The translations under genes were made by a program, and so were the position numbers. The notes below the pieces were generated by a model. The model made no database searches and was not told the DNA's origin. It saw only the letters and a list, made by a program, of their open reading frames with translations. From Octopus vulgaris (lineage: Eukaryota), in contig OX597819.1 in the NCBI GenBank assembly GCA_951406725.2, forward strand, positions 45,260,001-45,324,000: a DNA stretch of 64,000 nt, written 5' to 3'. Shown here in pieces: positions 28,616 through 41,214 of this stretch (positions are counted from its first letter, which is position 1; every line of letters starts with the position of its first letter).

Positions 28616-28670
<55 letters not shown>

Positions 28671-29158
28671 TGTTGTAATAGTAATAATATTCACTGTAGT
28701 AGTTCTAGTACTCGTAGTACTATTACAAATAATAGTAGATATTGTGTTAATTTTCGTCATTTTTTTTCTATCCGCATCTCAACCCCATTCAAAGAGTTCT
28801 CTGATCAAAGATATTCCAACTGGGACTATTCCGTCATTTGATTTTCTGTTTTTCTTTTTTTTTTTTCTTCTTTCACTTCAATTTGGTATGCAGATAAATT
28901 CGTATGCAGTTGAAGCTGCTTTTGTAGCAACTGTTGCTATTGTTGTTTAACCTCATGTTAACTCTGATTAACCAGTTTTGTGGTAAGAAGGCTTTCATCC
29001 AGTGGTTATTTCATATTTGCTCGGTAACCGTGCGTGTAAGATTACGTTATGCAATGTTTTCTGCCTTAGAAAGAAACGAAATAAAGCGTTACTGTGAATG
29101 TCTCTTAGAACCAAGGATAGCATGTACTATATTTTCGCTTGTTGTTTTAGATGTCCAT

Positions 29159-29217
<59 letters not shown>

Positions 29218-29522
29218 TGTGTGTGTGTGTGTATATATGTGTGTGTGTATATATATAGCGAGAAGTTGAGGTTATAAGAGATAATTGTGTCGCTGAGACC
29301 CAAATGTGTCAGGTAATGCTGAATAAGAGCTATAGACAGACCCTAGTTAAGTTCCAGATTCGGTAAAATTGCGAATAGAGGGTTCAACGTTGGTTCTATC
29401 CCAGAATTTTTTGCGTAATAAGATAAAAAAAACCAAGGCTGTATAGATATTAGACCTTCTATCTATAAATGCTCTATCTATACAGCCTTGGTTTTTTATC
29501 TTATTAGCAAAAAATTCTTATA

Positions 29523-29634
<112 letters not shown>

Positions 29635-29664
29635 CAGACAGTTATCCATCAACTACTTCGCCGT

Positions 29665-29963
29665 GGAGGCACATGGCGTAGTGGGTAGAGCAGCGGACTC
29701 GCGGTCGGGGGATCGCGGGTTCGAATCTCAGACCGGGTGATATGTGTGTTTATGAACGAAACACCAAAGCGCCACTCGGCTCCGGCAGAAGGTAATGGCG
29801 AAACTTCTGCTGACCCTTTCGCCACAACTTTCTCTCGCTCTTTCTTCCTGCATCTAGCAGCTCACCTGCGACGGACCGGCGTCCCGTCCAAGTTGGGAAC
29901 CCATATGCCAAGGAAACCAGGAAACCGGCCCTTATTAGCCAGGCGTGGCTCGAGAAGGAACAA
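29665..29963 (+). mobile_element. Family-C SINE variant
   Basis: GGAGGCACATGGCGTAGTGGGTAGAGC..GGGTTCGAATC; close to 60544-60823. Confidence 0.82.
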
Positions 29964-30219
29964 AGAAACCCCTTCGCCGTGTCTTGAACCAGCGTAACAT
30001 TCAACATATGACAGAGTGAGAGAGAGCTGCATCAGCATACGTCTCGTAACGTGAATACAAATACCTTGCTCAAACAAACAACGTGTACAGAGAGAGTGCT
30101 TTGTGATTTGGCAGATATTTGGCAGCTATCTTTCGCCGGTCGAGTGTTCGCATTGAGGCATATAAAGATACAGCGTGGTGCACTTTATACATGATAAATT
30201 AAATAGAAATTAGAATAAA

Positions 30220-30422
30220 GGCGCAGGAGTGGCTGTGTGATAAGGAGCTTTCTTCCCAACCACATGGTTCCGGGTTCAGTCTCACTGCATAGCACCTTGG
30301 GCATGGTACCTTCTGCTATAGCCTCGGCCGATCAAAGCCTTGTGAGTGGATTTGGTAGACAGAAAACTGGAAGAAGTCCGTTGTGTGTGTGTGTTTATAA
30401 TACACACGCACGCACACACACA

Positions 30423-30486
<64 letters not shown>

Positions 30487-30730
30487 CATGCATATAACAC
30501 ACACACACATATATGTGTGTGTATGTTATATGTATGTATTTGTGTGTCTGTGTTTTTCTGCCATCACCGCTTGACAACCGATGGTGCTGTGTTTACATCC
30601 CCGTAAATTAGCGGTTCAGCAAAAATGACTGATAGAATAAGTACTTGACTTACAAAGACTCAGTCCTGGGGGTCGATTTTTCCGACTAAAGGCGGTGTTC
30701 CAGCATGGCTTCAGTGAAACAAGTAAAAGA
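30220..30730 (+). mobile_element. Family-B SINE with expanded internal (CA)/(TA) repeat
   Basis: Homology to family B. Confidence 0.82.
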
Positions 30731-30952
30731 ATATAACCGAACCTTTTTTTTTTTATCAATCTGCCAAAATGAAATATACAGCCAGCTTCGGTTGGAAGGT
30801 CAAATCTGAAGGAAAAGCCTGCGAACAGTGGTAGGCTAGAATATCAAAAGAAACTAAAAACGAAACGAAAGATGGAAAATGGAGGAACGAATAATTTAGA
30901 AATGAATAGAACAGATGAAAAATTTAAAGAAAATTTCGCAGACGGAAAATAT

Positions 30953-32112
30953 TTATTTCATTATTACTCACAGGCTAAACATAGAGGGGATAAACAAGGA
31001 CAGTCAAAGGGATTAAGTCAATTAAATTGACCCCAGTGCGGAACTGATACTTATTCAATCGACCTCGAATGTATAAAAGGCAAAATCAACCTCGGCGGAA
31101 TTTGAACTCAGAATGTAGAGACAGACGAAATGCTGCTAAGCATTTCGCCCAGCGGGCTAACGATTCTGTCAGTTCGCAGCCTGCAGGCAGAAGATATTGG
31201 CTTCAAATTTTGGCACAAGACCAGAATTTGGAGTAGTGGGTAAGTCGATTACATCGACCCCGGGGCTCAACTCGTGCTTAATTTATCGACCCCGTAAAAA
31301 ATAAAAGCCAAAGTTGACCTCGGCGGAATTTGAACTCAGAATATGTCAGAATAAACGCCACAAAGCATTTTACCCGCCACAGTAACGATTTTTATTTCTT
31401 TATTGCCCAGGAGGGGCTCAACATAGAGGGTACAAACACGGACAGACAAAGGGATTAAGTCGATTACATCGACCCCAGTGCGAAAGGATGAAAGGCAAAG
31501 TCGACCGCGATGGAATTTAAACTCAGAACGTAACGGCAGATGAAATACAGCTAAGAATTTCACCCGGCGCGCTGACGTTTCTGCCAGCTCGCCGCCTTGG
31601 AAAAGGGGTATATGAAATATGATCATTAATAATATGAGTACAAGGTTAAAATTTAGTGGAGGAGAGTAGTGAATTATAACGATTCTAGTACTTGGCAGGT
31701 GCTTTATTTTATGAATCCTTGGAGGGATTTGAACTCAGAACGTCAAGAACCAGAAGAAATGTCTTTTCTGCAAGAGGCCTCTGTACGAAAAACTTTAACT
31801 TTTGGGGTAGGAAACTAGCCCATTACATTGATTTTAGTGTCTCACTGATTTTTATTTCGTCGACTATGAAAGGATGGAATCAAAAGTCGACCTTGGTGGA
31901 AATGAACTCAGAACGTAAAGCCTGAAGAAGTATTACGAAACATTTTAGCCGGCGAGTCAAGGTTTCAGCCAGCTCGTCGCGTGTGAGTCGGAAAAAATAT
32001 CCTTTCTAGTAAAGGCACAAGGCCTGAAGTTTGAAGGATGAGTCTACTCGATTACATCGACCCCAATACGCGACTAGTACTTAGTTTATCGACCCCGAAC
32101 AGGATGAAGGGC
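30953..32112 (-). mobile_element. Cluster of ~6 family-A SINE copies/fragments
   Basis: Repeated GTCGATTACATCGACCCC / GGAATTTGAACTCAGAA blocks. Confidence 0.8.
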
Positions 32113-32130
32113 AAAAATTACATACAAATA

Positions 32131-32291
32131 CGAGGGATGACCACTAGGTGGACATACATTATGCTAGAAGTTGACCCCTATCGTCTTACCACTAAGACAG
32201 AAATGTTCTCAAGAACATACCTTTCTTAGTGGTAAGACTACAGGGAGTCGACTTCTAGCATAATGGGTGTCCAATTAGTGGTAATCCCTCG
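32131..32291. mobile_element. Palindromic mariner-type MITE
   Basis: TA|CGAGGGATGACCACTA... ...TAGTGGTAATCCCTCG; the whole element is an imperfect hairpin; half copy at 56608-56690. Confidence 0.75.
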
Positions 32292-32762
32292 TGTATGTAT
32301 GTAATTTAATTTTTCTGAATCTTCAGATTTTTCTATATGCTAGATCACCGGTTTTAAATTGATATTAATCAAATTAATATTCATAAATGAATATATATGC
32401 CGGTGCATGTGTGTATAAGTGGGAATATTTAAGTTCATGTTTGTGTATGTGTGTATATCTATCTTTCTGTATATTTATTCAAATATTTCATGAGTGTCTG
32501 CGTGTAGGTGTGTATGTGTGTTTCTGTGTGTATGTGCATGTGTGTTTGTGTGTGTGTGTATTTGTGTTTGTGTGTGTCTGTGTGTATGTGTTTGTGTCTG
32601 TTTGTGTTTATATGTGCGTGGAGGGGTATTAAGTTTGTGTGCATGCGTGTGTGCATGTTTATGTGTGTGTGCATGATAGTAATCGTTTGCGCCTTTGTTA
32701 ATGTGAGTGTTTGCATACGTATCTCTATGCATGTGTACATATCGACAATATACTATATATAT

Positions 32763-32824
<62 letters not shown>

Positions 32825-32862
32825 TCATACATACACATATAAATGTGTATATATACATAAGG

Positions 32863-32948
<86 letters not shown>

Positions 32949-33815
32949 ATATTTATCTCTCTCTCGCCGTGTATATATATACATATATATATATATAGTT
33001 TTGTTTGTGTGTATGCATATATGTATTTATGTGTGTATGCGTATATACATATATGAATGTGAATGTGTATTTGTAATTATTCCTGCGTACGTGTGCGGCT
33101 TGTTTGGTGTGTCTGCGCATGTGTAAGTCAATGCATATATGTGAGCGTTTGTGGTATGTGTGTGTGCATTCGTCAATACGTATGTATGCATGCGTGTCTA
33201 AGTGAGTGTGTTCGTATGTGGATGCGTGTCTAAGTGAGTGTGTGTGTATGTGGATGCGTGTGTGTGTATGGGTTTGTGTTAGTGCGTGTGTGTGTTACGT
33301 GACGACCAACTCGTCATCAAAGCCTTAATGAAGTCGATCCTCTTCAGATAAGAGATGTTCTTTGATGTAAGATGAGGTTATACTAATTTTTTTTTACTTC
33401 ATATTATCCACTGCGGCCTCCACTACCACCGCTACCGACACCACTTCTACTCCACCACCAACCACCACCACCACCACCACCACCACCACAACCACCATCA
33501 CTACGATCACTCTCTTACTACAACATCAAGAACAAAAACATCAATACCTACAAAAAGAACAATAAACTATACTCCCACAACCACCACCAATGCCACCACC
33601 ACCACCACCACCCGCACCACCACCACCAACAACAACAACGCCGCCGCCACTCACGTCACTACTTTACCGCCACCACTGCCACCTACAGCACCGCACCGCC
33701 AGCAACACCACTAACACTAACACAACCACTACTAATCCTGACTATCTGTACCAACCCCAAAATCTAACACATCACCTCGTCCGCACCACTACGGCATCAT
33801 ACAAGCTACGCCAAT

Positions 33816-33857
<42 letters not shown>

Positions 33858-33988
33858 CATCAACACTCATGTCACCGCCACTACCACCACCACCACCACC
33901 ACCAACATCAACAACACACCACCATCATCACTACCAACACCACCAAAAGAACATCTAGGAGCCAACAAGGAAACCTCTATGTACTCAC

Positions 33989-34035
33989 ACCATCTGCTAG
34001 ACATAGCAGGCAAATCGCCCTCAAATTCACCTTGT
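33989..34035 (-). other. Candidate 47-nt (or 42-nt) exon
   Basis: Long pyrimidine tract, ttttgaag|ACAAGG...GATGGT|gtgagt. Confidence 0.35.
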
Positions 34036-34280
34036 CTTCAAAAGAAAAATGAAAGGAAAAATAGATAATGAATGAATACATCAATAAAGATACGCATTGA
34101 ATGATGTTGGAAATAAAAACGAGACGGTCACGGTTGGACAGCCTTGGTGACATGTCTATGCAGAGCACAACTTACTACGATGACGACGACGACCTCGACG
34201 ACCACTATGACCACGACGACGACTACGACCACGACGACGACCACCACCACTACAGCCGTCTTAACAGCACCATTATTATT

Positions 34281-34705
34281 GGGTTCAAGTCCACCAATAT
34301 TAAGAGAGATGGTAAGTCGGTTACATCTCTCCCAGGTCTTCAATTCTTTCTTATTTTATCCACTCCGAAAGGATGAAAGAGAAAGTCGACCCCGGCGTCA
34401 TTTGAAAGTCAAAACGCAAAGACGGATGAAATGCCGCTTAGCATTTTGTCCGGCGAGCTTACCGTTCTGCCAGCTCGTAAGCCTTCACCACGATTAATAT
34501 TGATTTCAATTTTTTTTGGCACGAGGCCAGCAAATATCCGGTAGGATTTAAAACGATTAAATCGATCCCAGTGGTCAACTGGTACATATATTATCGACCT
34601 CGATATGTTGAAAAGCAAAGGCGACCTCGACCCGATTCGAACGAACTTAAAATCGCACCAAATGACGCTAAACAGTTTGTGCGACGTTCTGCCAGCCAAC
34701 CGCCT
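34281..34705 (-). mobile_element. Two degenerate family-A SINEs
   Basis: Homology to family A. Confidence 0.7.
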
Positions 34706-34725
34706 TCAAATCAACCAATGTTAGA

Positions 34726-34779
<54 letters not shown>

Positions 34780-34829
34780 GTGAGTGAGTGAGAAAGAGAA
34801 ACATAAAGATAGATATGACTATTCACATA

Positions 34830-35157
34830 CAGGGTGGCCCAAAAAGTAGGCTTACAGTTATGTAGGCCCTTTAAATTTCCTTTAGAGAGAGAGAGAGAGA
34901 GAGTGAGAGAGAAAAACATATAGATAGATATATCTATTTACATACAAGGTGGCCCAAAAATTAGGTTTACAGTTATCACGTAGGCACTTTAAATTTCTTT
35001 TCAAAAATATTTTATTACATTTAAATTTCTATCTTACAATTAACTAAATTAACATAAAATAATAGTTTCATATTTTTTTATAATTAAGATTTAAACAGTT
35101 AATATGTGAATGCGAAAGAGATAGATGTAAAACTGTAAACTTACTTTTGGGCCACCC

Positions 35158-35159
<2 letters not shown>
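34830..35159. mobile_element. Tc1/mariner-type MITE (34945-35159) plus a duplicated left end
   Basis: Same TIRs as 18927-19140, opposite orientation. Confidence 0.8.
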
Positions 35160-35198
<39 letters not shown>

Positions 35199-35258
35199 AT
35201 ATATAAAATATATATATATATATATATATATATCAAGATCATCCTTCTTCGCCAGTAC

Positions 35259-35314
<56 letters not shown>

Positions 35315-35399
35315 GGTGGGTGGGTGTGTGTGTGTGTTTGTGTGTGTGTGCATATTTGCGTATTTGTTGTGTCCACGCAAAATAGTATAACAGTCTCAT

Positions 35400-35755
35400 T
35401 TGCTGCTCCACTAAATTACGCGGCCGTAAACACAACCGTTCTGGTTGTCCGGTTGTCAAGAGGTAATGTGGTGACAAACACAAAGACATACACACACATA
35501 AATATATTTACATATACATACATACAGATATATATATATATGTGTGTGCGTGCGTGTGCGTGTGTGTTTATTTATATATATATATATGTACGATGGGCTT
35601 CTTTCAGTTTCCGTCTACTAAATCCACTCACAAAGCTTTGGTCAGCCCGAGGCTATAGTGGAAAACATTTGCCCTAGGTGACATGTCGTGAGACTGAACC
35701 CGGAGTCACGTAGTTGGGAAGCAAGCTTTTTGACACACATCTACACCGGGTGCGA
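35400..35755 (-). mobile_element. Family-B SINE (degenerate)
   Basis: Homology to family B. Confidence 0.7.
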
Positions 35756-35767
35756 TGATGATGGTGA

Positions 35768-35822
<55 letters not shown>

Positions 35823-35942
35823 TGAGGATGTATGCTTGTGTACATTGTTGGCAAATATACAATACTTGCATACACGCACGTGTATAAACACAAACATATG
35901 CACCAGTACACACATTAAATCAAATTATTTATTTTTTTATTA

Positions 35943-36248
35943 ATGCGCCCTTTTTCAAACCTAGCCAGGCTCATGGGCCCGGTTTCCCGGTTTCTATGGC
36001 GTATGTGTTCCCCCCAGCCGGACGGGACGCCAGTCCCTCGCAGCGTTACTCAAGAAACAGGAAGAAGGAGTGGGAGTAAGTTGGGGGCGAAAGAGTACAA
36101 GAGAGGTTGCCACAACCCGCTGCCGGAGCCTCGTAGAGATCTAGGTCTTTTCGGTCAATAAAAACACACAACGCCCGGTCTGGGAATCGAAACCGCGGTA
36201 CTCCGACTGCGAGTCCACTGCCCTAACCACTGGGCCATTGCGCCTCCA
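35943..36248 (-). mobile_element. Family-C SINE
   Basis: Homology to 21462-21783. Confidence 0.85.
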
Positions 36249-37351
36249 CTAAACTTAAATTACGTATACATAAAGTTATACTAATTTGCTTAGATACAAC
36301 AGATTCACACGCATGTATACACGCAAACACACGCACACATTCACACATATAAACAGAAACATGCATTTACACTCACACAGTACACCCAAGCGTACGCACA
36401 CACACTCACACACACGTACAGACACAAGGCCACATACGCAAACACATGCTGATGCGCATATGCAGGTGCGCGCACGCACGCAATTTTATGTAAATACACA
36501 TCCATGATCGCATGTACTTCCGCTAACGTGCAACGAACAGAAGCGTGCGTGTATACAGACACACACGTCTGCGCGCTCACACACACACACACGCTCACAC
36601 ACTCACACATTTATATACGCAGTTTGTGACAAGGATTAAATGAACATAGTACAATCGTGGACATATGTTTGTTCCACTCGTGTTCCACTTCACATCCTCA
36701 CATTCAACAATCACCAAAACCATCAGCATTATACCCCCCCTTCTGCTGCACCTCCTTCTGTTCCCCCACTTCTCCTCCTCCTCCTCCTTCTCTTATTTCT
36801 CGTCAGAAACATCACCAACACCACCATCATTGTTCATTATTCAATATCATTAACATCAGTGTCAACATCCTCATCGTCGACGTCTTCGTTGTCGTTATCA
36901 TTACCAACAGCACCACTATCATCATCATCATCATCCTCATCATCATCATCATCATCACCATCGTCGTCGTCGTCGTCGTCATGCATTCCAATGTACACAT
37001 ACATATCTTTGTGTGTGTATATACATATACATGTATGCATATATGTATGTATGTACGTGTGTATATGTATACATACACACGCACACATACACACACTCAC
37101 ACACGCGCTCACACACATACACAAATATACACACACACATGCAAATGCATATAAGTATACGTTCATAGCTACATGTATTCGAAGTCGCTGTCAATACTAC
37201 GCTAGTTAAAGAATAATAAATTTGTACCGGACTAAATGTGATGGGTAATCCTCGAATTTGATGTAAAAATGTACATTCAAAATGGCAACTTCACGTGGAC
37301 AGAGTAGGGGATTTTTCTCCTTCCTTCTCCTTTGGTCTCTCCCATGTCTCC

Positions 37352-37388
37352 TGCTTCTGAAGAAGAGCTATGCTCGAAACATAAGGCA
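37352..37388 (+). ncRNA. Minimal type I hammerhead-like motif in a PLE-type fragment
   Basis: TGCTT CTGAAGA A GAGC-TAT-GCTC GAAA CATA AGGCA. Confidence 0.55.
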
Positions 37389-37479
37389 ACCACTCTTTCT
37401 TTCTCCGAACGTATACTTAATACTTTGCATGTGCTACGTCCTCGTGTTGTTAATTTTTCTTGTCCTCTATATAAATATG

Positions 37480-37510
<31 letters not shown>

Positions 37511-37739
37511 ATTTATCAAAAAGGCAGCAAATATATCACAAAAGCTGTTACTCGGAGTTTCAAGTTCCCGTTCTTCGGACTGTTTGAAATATATATATAT
37601 ATATATCAACATCACAATCAAGGAACGGCCATAATAGGCCATTCACCCACTAGAAATAACAGCCAAAGCTTTAACCGCAAAATAACATTAATTCCGTAAA
37701 TCAGGAGAAAATTAAAAAAAAAAAAACATTTACCCTGTA

Positions 37740-37847
37740 ATTTCTTATACGATGCACCGTTTCATCTACTGTTTAATGGTAAACTAACCTGATTAAAATT
37801 AAATCAAGCCAATCTTCCATAGGCCCTTAGATTCCTCAGTAAGAAAT
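37740..37847 (-). ncRNA. Type I hammerhead ribozyme (copy 1)
   Basis: Reverse complement of 38942-39048 (1-nt indel in the stem II loop); predicted cut between 37748 and 37747. Confidence 0.85.
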
Positions 37848-38228
37848 AGCCAGAACGGAACAGATATTTTCACGAGGCATTTCCGTCCCTGCCTCGGCAA
37901 TATCTGACCTAAAATTTTCAAATCATCGCACTCGCGCCAAATTTATCGGCAGCAAATAAATATAAGCCGCCGATTCCATTACGGATCAACCAGAAAATTC
38001 ATAATTAATCAATATAGGGTGGCAAAGAAAATTTTGTAGAATTTTTTGCCACCAGCGGCCTAGTGGGAAAAATTAAATAGTCATAGACCAATTTATAAGT
38101 TCAACATCACAATCAAGGAACGGCCATAATAGGCCATTCACCCACTAGAAATAACAGCCAAAGCTTTAACCGCAAAATAACATTAATTCCGTAAATCAGG
38201 AGAAAATTAAAAAAACATTTACCCTGTA

Positions 38229-38335
38229 ATTTCTTATACGATGCACCGTTTCATCTACTGTTTAATGGTAAACTAACCTGATTAAATTAAATCAAGCCAA
38301 TCTTCCATAGGCCCTTAGATTCCTCAGTAAGAAAT
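38229..38335 (-). ncRNA. Type I hammerhead ribozyme (copy 2)
   Basis: Reverse complement of 38942-39048; predicted cut between 38237 and 38236. Confidence 0.85.
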
Positions 38336-38941
38336 AGCCAGAACGGAACAGATATTTTCACGAGGCATTTCCGTCCCTGCCTCGGCAATATCTGACCTAA
38401 AATTTTCAAATCATCGCACTCGCGCAAATTTATCGGCAGCAAATAAATATAATCCGCCGATTCCATTACGGAATCAACCAGAAAATTCATAATTAATCAA
38501 TATAGGGTGGCAAAGAAAATTTTGTAGAATTTTTTTGCCACCAGCGGCCTAGTGGGAAAAAATTAAATAGTCATAGACCAATTTATAAGTAAATCAGGAG
38601 AAAATTAAAAAAACATTTACCCTGTAATTTCTTATACGATGCACCGTTTCATCTACTGTTTAATGGTAAACTAACCTGATGTTGAACTTATAAATTGGTC
38701 TATGACTATTTAATTTTTTCCCACTAGGCCGCTGGTGGCAAAAAAATTCTACAAAATTTTCTTTGCCACCCTATATTGATTAATTATGAATATTCTGGTT
38801 GATTCCGTAATGGAATCGGCGGCTTATATTTATTTGCTGCCGATAAATTTGGCGCGAGTGCGATGATTTGAAAATTTTAGGTCAGATATTACCGAGGCAG
38901 GGACGGAAATGCCTCGTGAAAATATCTGTTCCGTTCTGGCT

Positions 38942-39048
38942 ATTTCTTACTGAGGAATCTAAGGGCCTATGGAAGATTGGCTTGATTTAATTTAATCAGG
39001 TTAGTTTACCATTAAACAGTAGATGAAACGGTGCATCGTATAAGAAAT
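38942..39048 (+). ncRNA. Type I hammerhead ribozyme (copy 3)
   Basis: Stem I ATTTCTTA/TAAGAAAT (8 bp), CTGAGGA 38950-38956, stem II ATCTA/TAGAT, GAAA 39025-39028, stem III CGGT-GC-ATCG, GUA cleavage triplet ending at 39040. Confidence 0.88.
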
Positions 39049-39279
39049 TACAGGGTAAATGTTTTTTTTTTTAATTTTCTCCTGATTTACGGAATTAATG
39101 TTATTTTGCGGTTAAAGCTTTGGCTGTTATTTCTAGTGGGTGAATGGCCTATTATGGCCGTTCCTTGATTGTGATGTTGAACTTATAAATTGGTCTATGA
39201 CTATTTAATTTTTTCCCACTAGGCCGCTGGTGGCAAAAAAATTCTACAAAATTTTCTTTGCCACCCTATATTGATTAAT

Positions 39280-39326
<47 letters not shown>

Positions 39327-39496
39327 TAAATATGCATATCAATATGTGTATATATATATACATATATAAATATGTATATCTATATGTGTGTACGTGTGCA
39401 TTCTAAATTTTCGTATCCATACTTATATATAAATAGAGACAGAAATACTGATTTATACATATATATTCATGCAAGATTTGTCTAATTTTATACAAT

Positions 39497-39545
<49 letters not shown>

Positions 39546-39549
39546 CCAG

Positions 39550-39771
39550 TCTCATGGGCCCGGTTTCCCGGTTTCTATGGCGTATGTACTCCCCAGTTGG
39601 ACGGGACGCCATTCATCGCAACGTTACTCATTTTTGCCAGTTGAGTGGACTGGAGCAATTTGGAATGAAGTGTTTAGCTCAAGAACACTACGCGTCGGCC
39701 GGTCCAAGAATCGAAACCACAATCTTACGATCATGATGCTGACACTCTAACCACTAAGGCACGCGCCTCCA
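39550..39771 (-). mobile_element. Chimeric SINE: family-D-like head/core plus family-C tail
   Basis: Minus strand has TTCTTGAGCTAAACACTT...GCTCCAGTCCACTCAACTG then GGCGTCCCGTCCA...AGAAACCGGGAAACCGGGCCCATGAG. Confidence 0.7.
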
Positions 39772-39784
39772 CTATATATATATG

Positions 39785-39819
<35 letters not shown>

Positions 39820-40853
39820 ATACGTATACATACATTTCTAGATTTATGTTTGTATGAATGCCTCGGAACGATCTCTGTGTCTAGCTATCTATTTCACTCT
39901 CTCCCTCTCTTTCTCACTCTCTCTCTGTCTCTCTCTCTCTATCTCACTCTCTATATATGTACCACGTAAATGTATATATGTATATATACAACCACACATA
40001 CACACATTCTCACAGTCACACACACATATACATATATATAAATTGTAATAGTTATGAGTACTGTCACGTACGCATATACGTACATTTTCATGCATGTTTG
40101 TCTCCAAGTATATAATTCAATAAAACGGTAATTATAGAAGCTAATCACACGACCAGAAATGTTTTATGGGTGAGATGAGGTCAGTAGGCTGCTTGTTTAT
40201 ATATGTAATAACAAAACTGTACGAATTAATCTGTAATGACAAACGATAAAAAATACGTCTCATTCAACTGTTCCTATTTCACTTTGATGTGCTAAGTTAA
40301 GCTGGACCCTGGAGATTCAACATTCATATACACCACAGTCAGTTGGGACCCGTTGTTCTTATAACATTTTACTACTTCACGCAAAGTTTGTAAACAAAAG
40401 TTCATGTATGTATGTATGTATGTATGTATGTATGTATGTATGTATGTATGTATGTATGTATGCATGCATGTATGTATGTATGTATGTACAGGTATGTATG
40501 TATGTAGGCGTTTCATGCCACTGGAGAAAGTGTCAGTTTCTAACCTAGATCCAAGGCTCCTTCATTTGAATTTCAACTACATCAAACTGGGTATTTGTGC
40601 ATGTCTTTGTATATGAGTACGATATCTGGTCCCACTGCTGGGGCATTTTTCTATGTTTTGTTTTATATATGTATTCTCCTGCACATCTTTGCATAGCTAG
40701 ACACATCCATATGTACTTAAAAGTTAAACTTTTGGGAAGTTTGACTTATTTTGATAGTTCCTTTGGTATTTTGTATATGCAACCTTGTAATTATCTTTCT
40801 CCTTTCTGCTTTTGTAAATCCTAACTTCTCAATATTTGTGCTGAAGCATTTTG

Positions 40854-40889
<36 letters not shown>

Positions 40890-40976
40890 CTGATCTAGGA
40901 GAAATTTGAACTCAGAACGTAGCGACGGGCGAAATTTTGCCCGGCGTGCTAAGCATTTTGCTAGCTCGCCGCCTTC

Positions 40977-41021
<45 letters not shown>

Positions 41022-41214
41022 TTAATAAATAATAATGATTTACATCCTGAAAAATGTTACATGCGTACATGCTGTCACGTTTTATGTTAACTCGTTTGTT
41101 TTATGCCACCAACTTTAGTTGCTTGTCCTCCGTACAAAAAACCATTCTACATCGCTTCTCCATCTCTGAACTGTGTGCCCCTCTGCATCAACCATTGTAT
41201 TCGCGTTTACTCAC

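Larger units (their letters stand above)
37606..39281. mobile_element. Candidate non-LTR retrozyme array: ~490-bp HHR-containing monomers in tandem and inverted
   Basis: Units 37606-38100 and 38101-38590, partial 38589-38680, inverted unit 38677-39180 plus partial to 39281; near-identical, non-coding, flanked by (TA)n. Confidence 0.85.

Noticed and set aside
38287-38490. 67-aa ORF within the retrozyme monomer
   Set aside because: The frame is altered by indels in the other copies and has no recognisable motif; a small-ORF role cannot be wholly excluded
37606-39281. Array as a CRISPR or simple satellite
   Set aside because: There is no repeat-spacer pattern; it has an HHR core and strand-specific RNA structure
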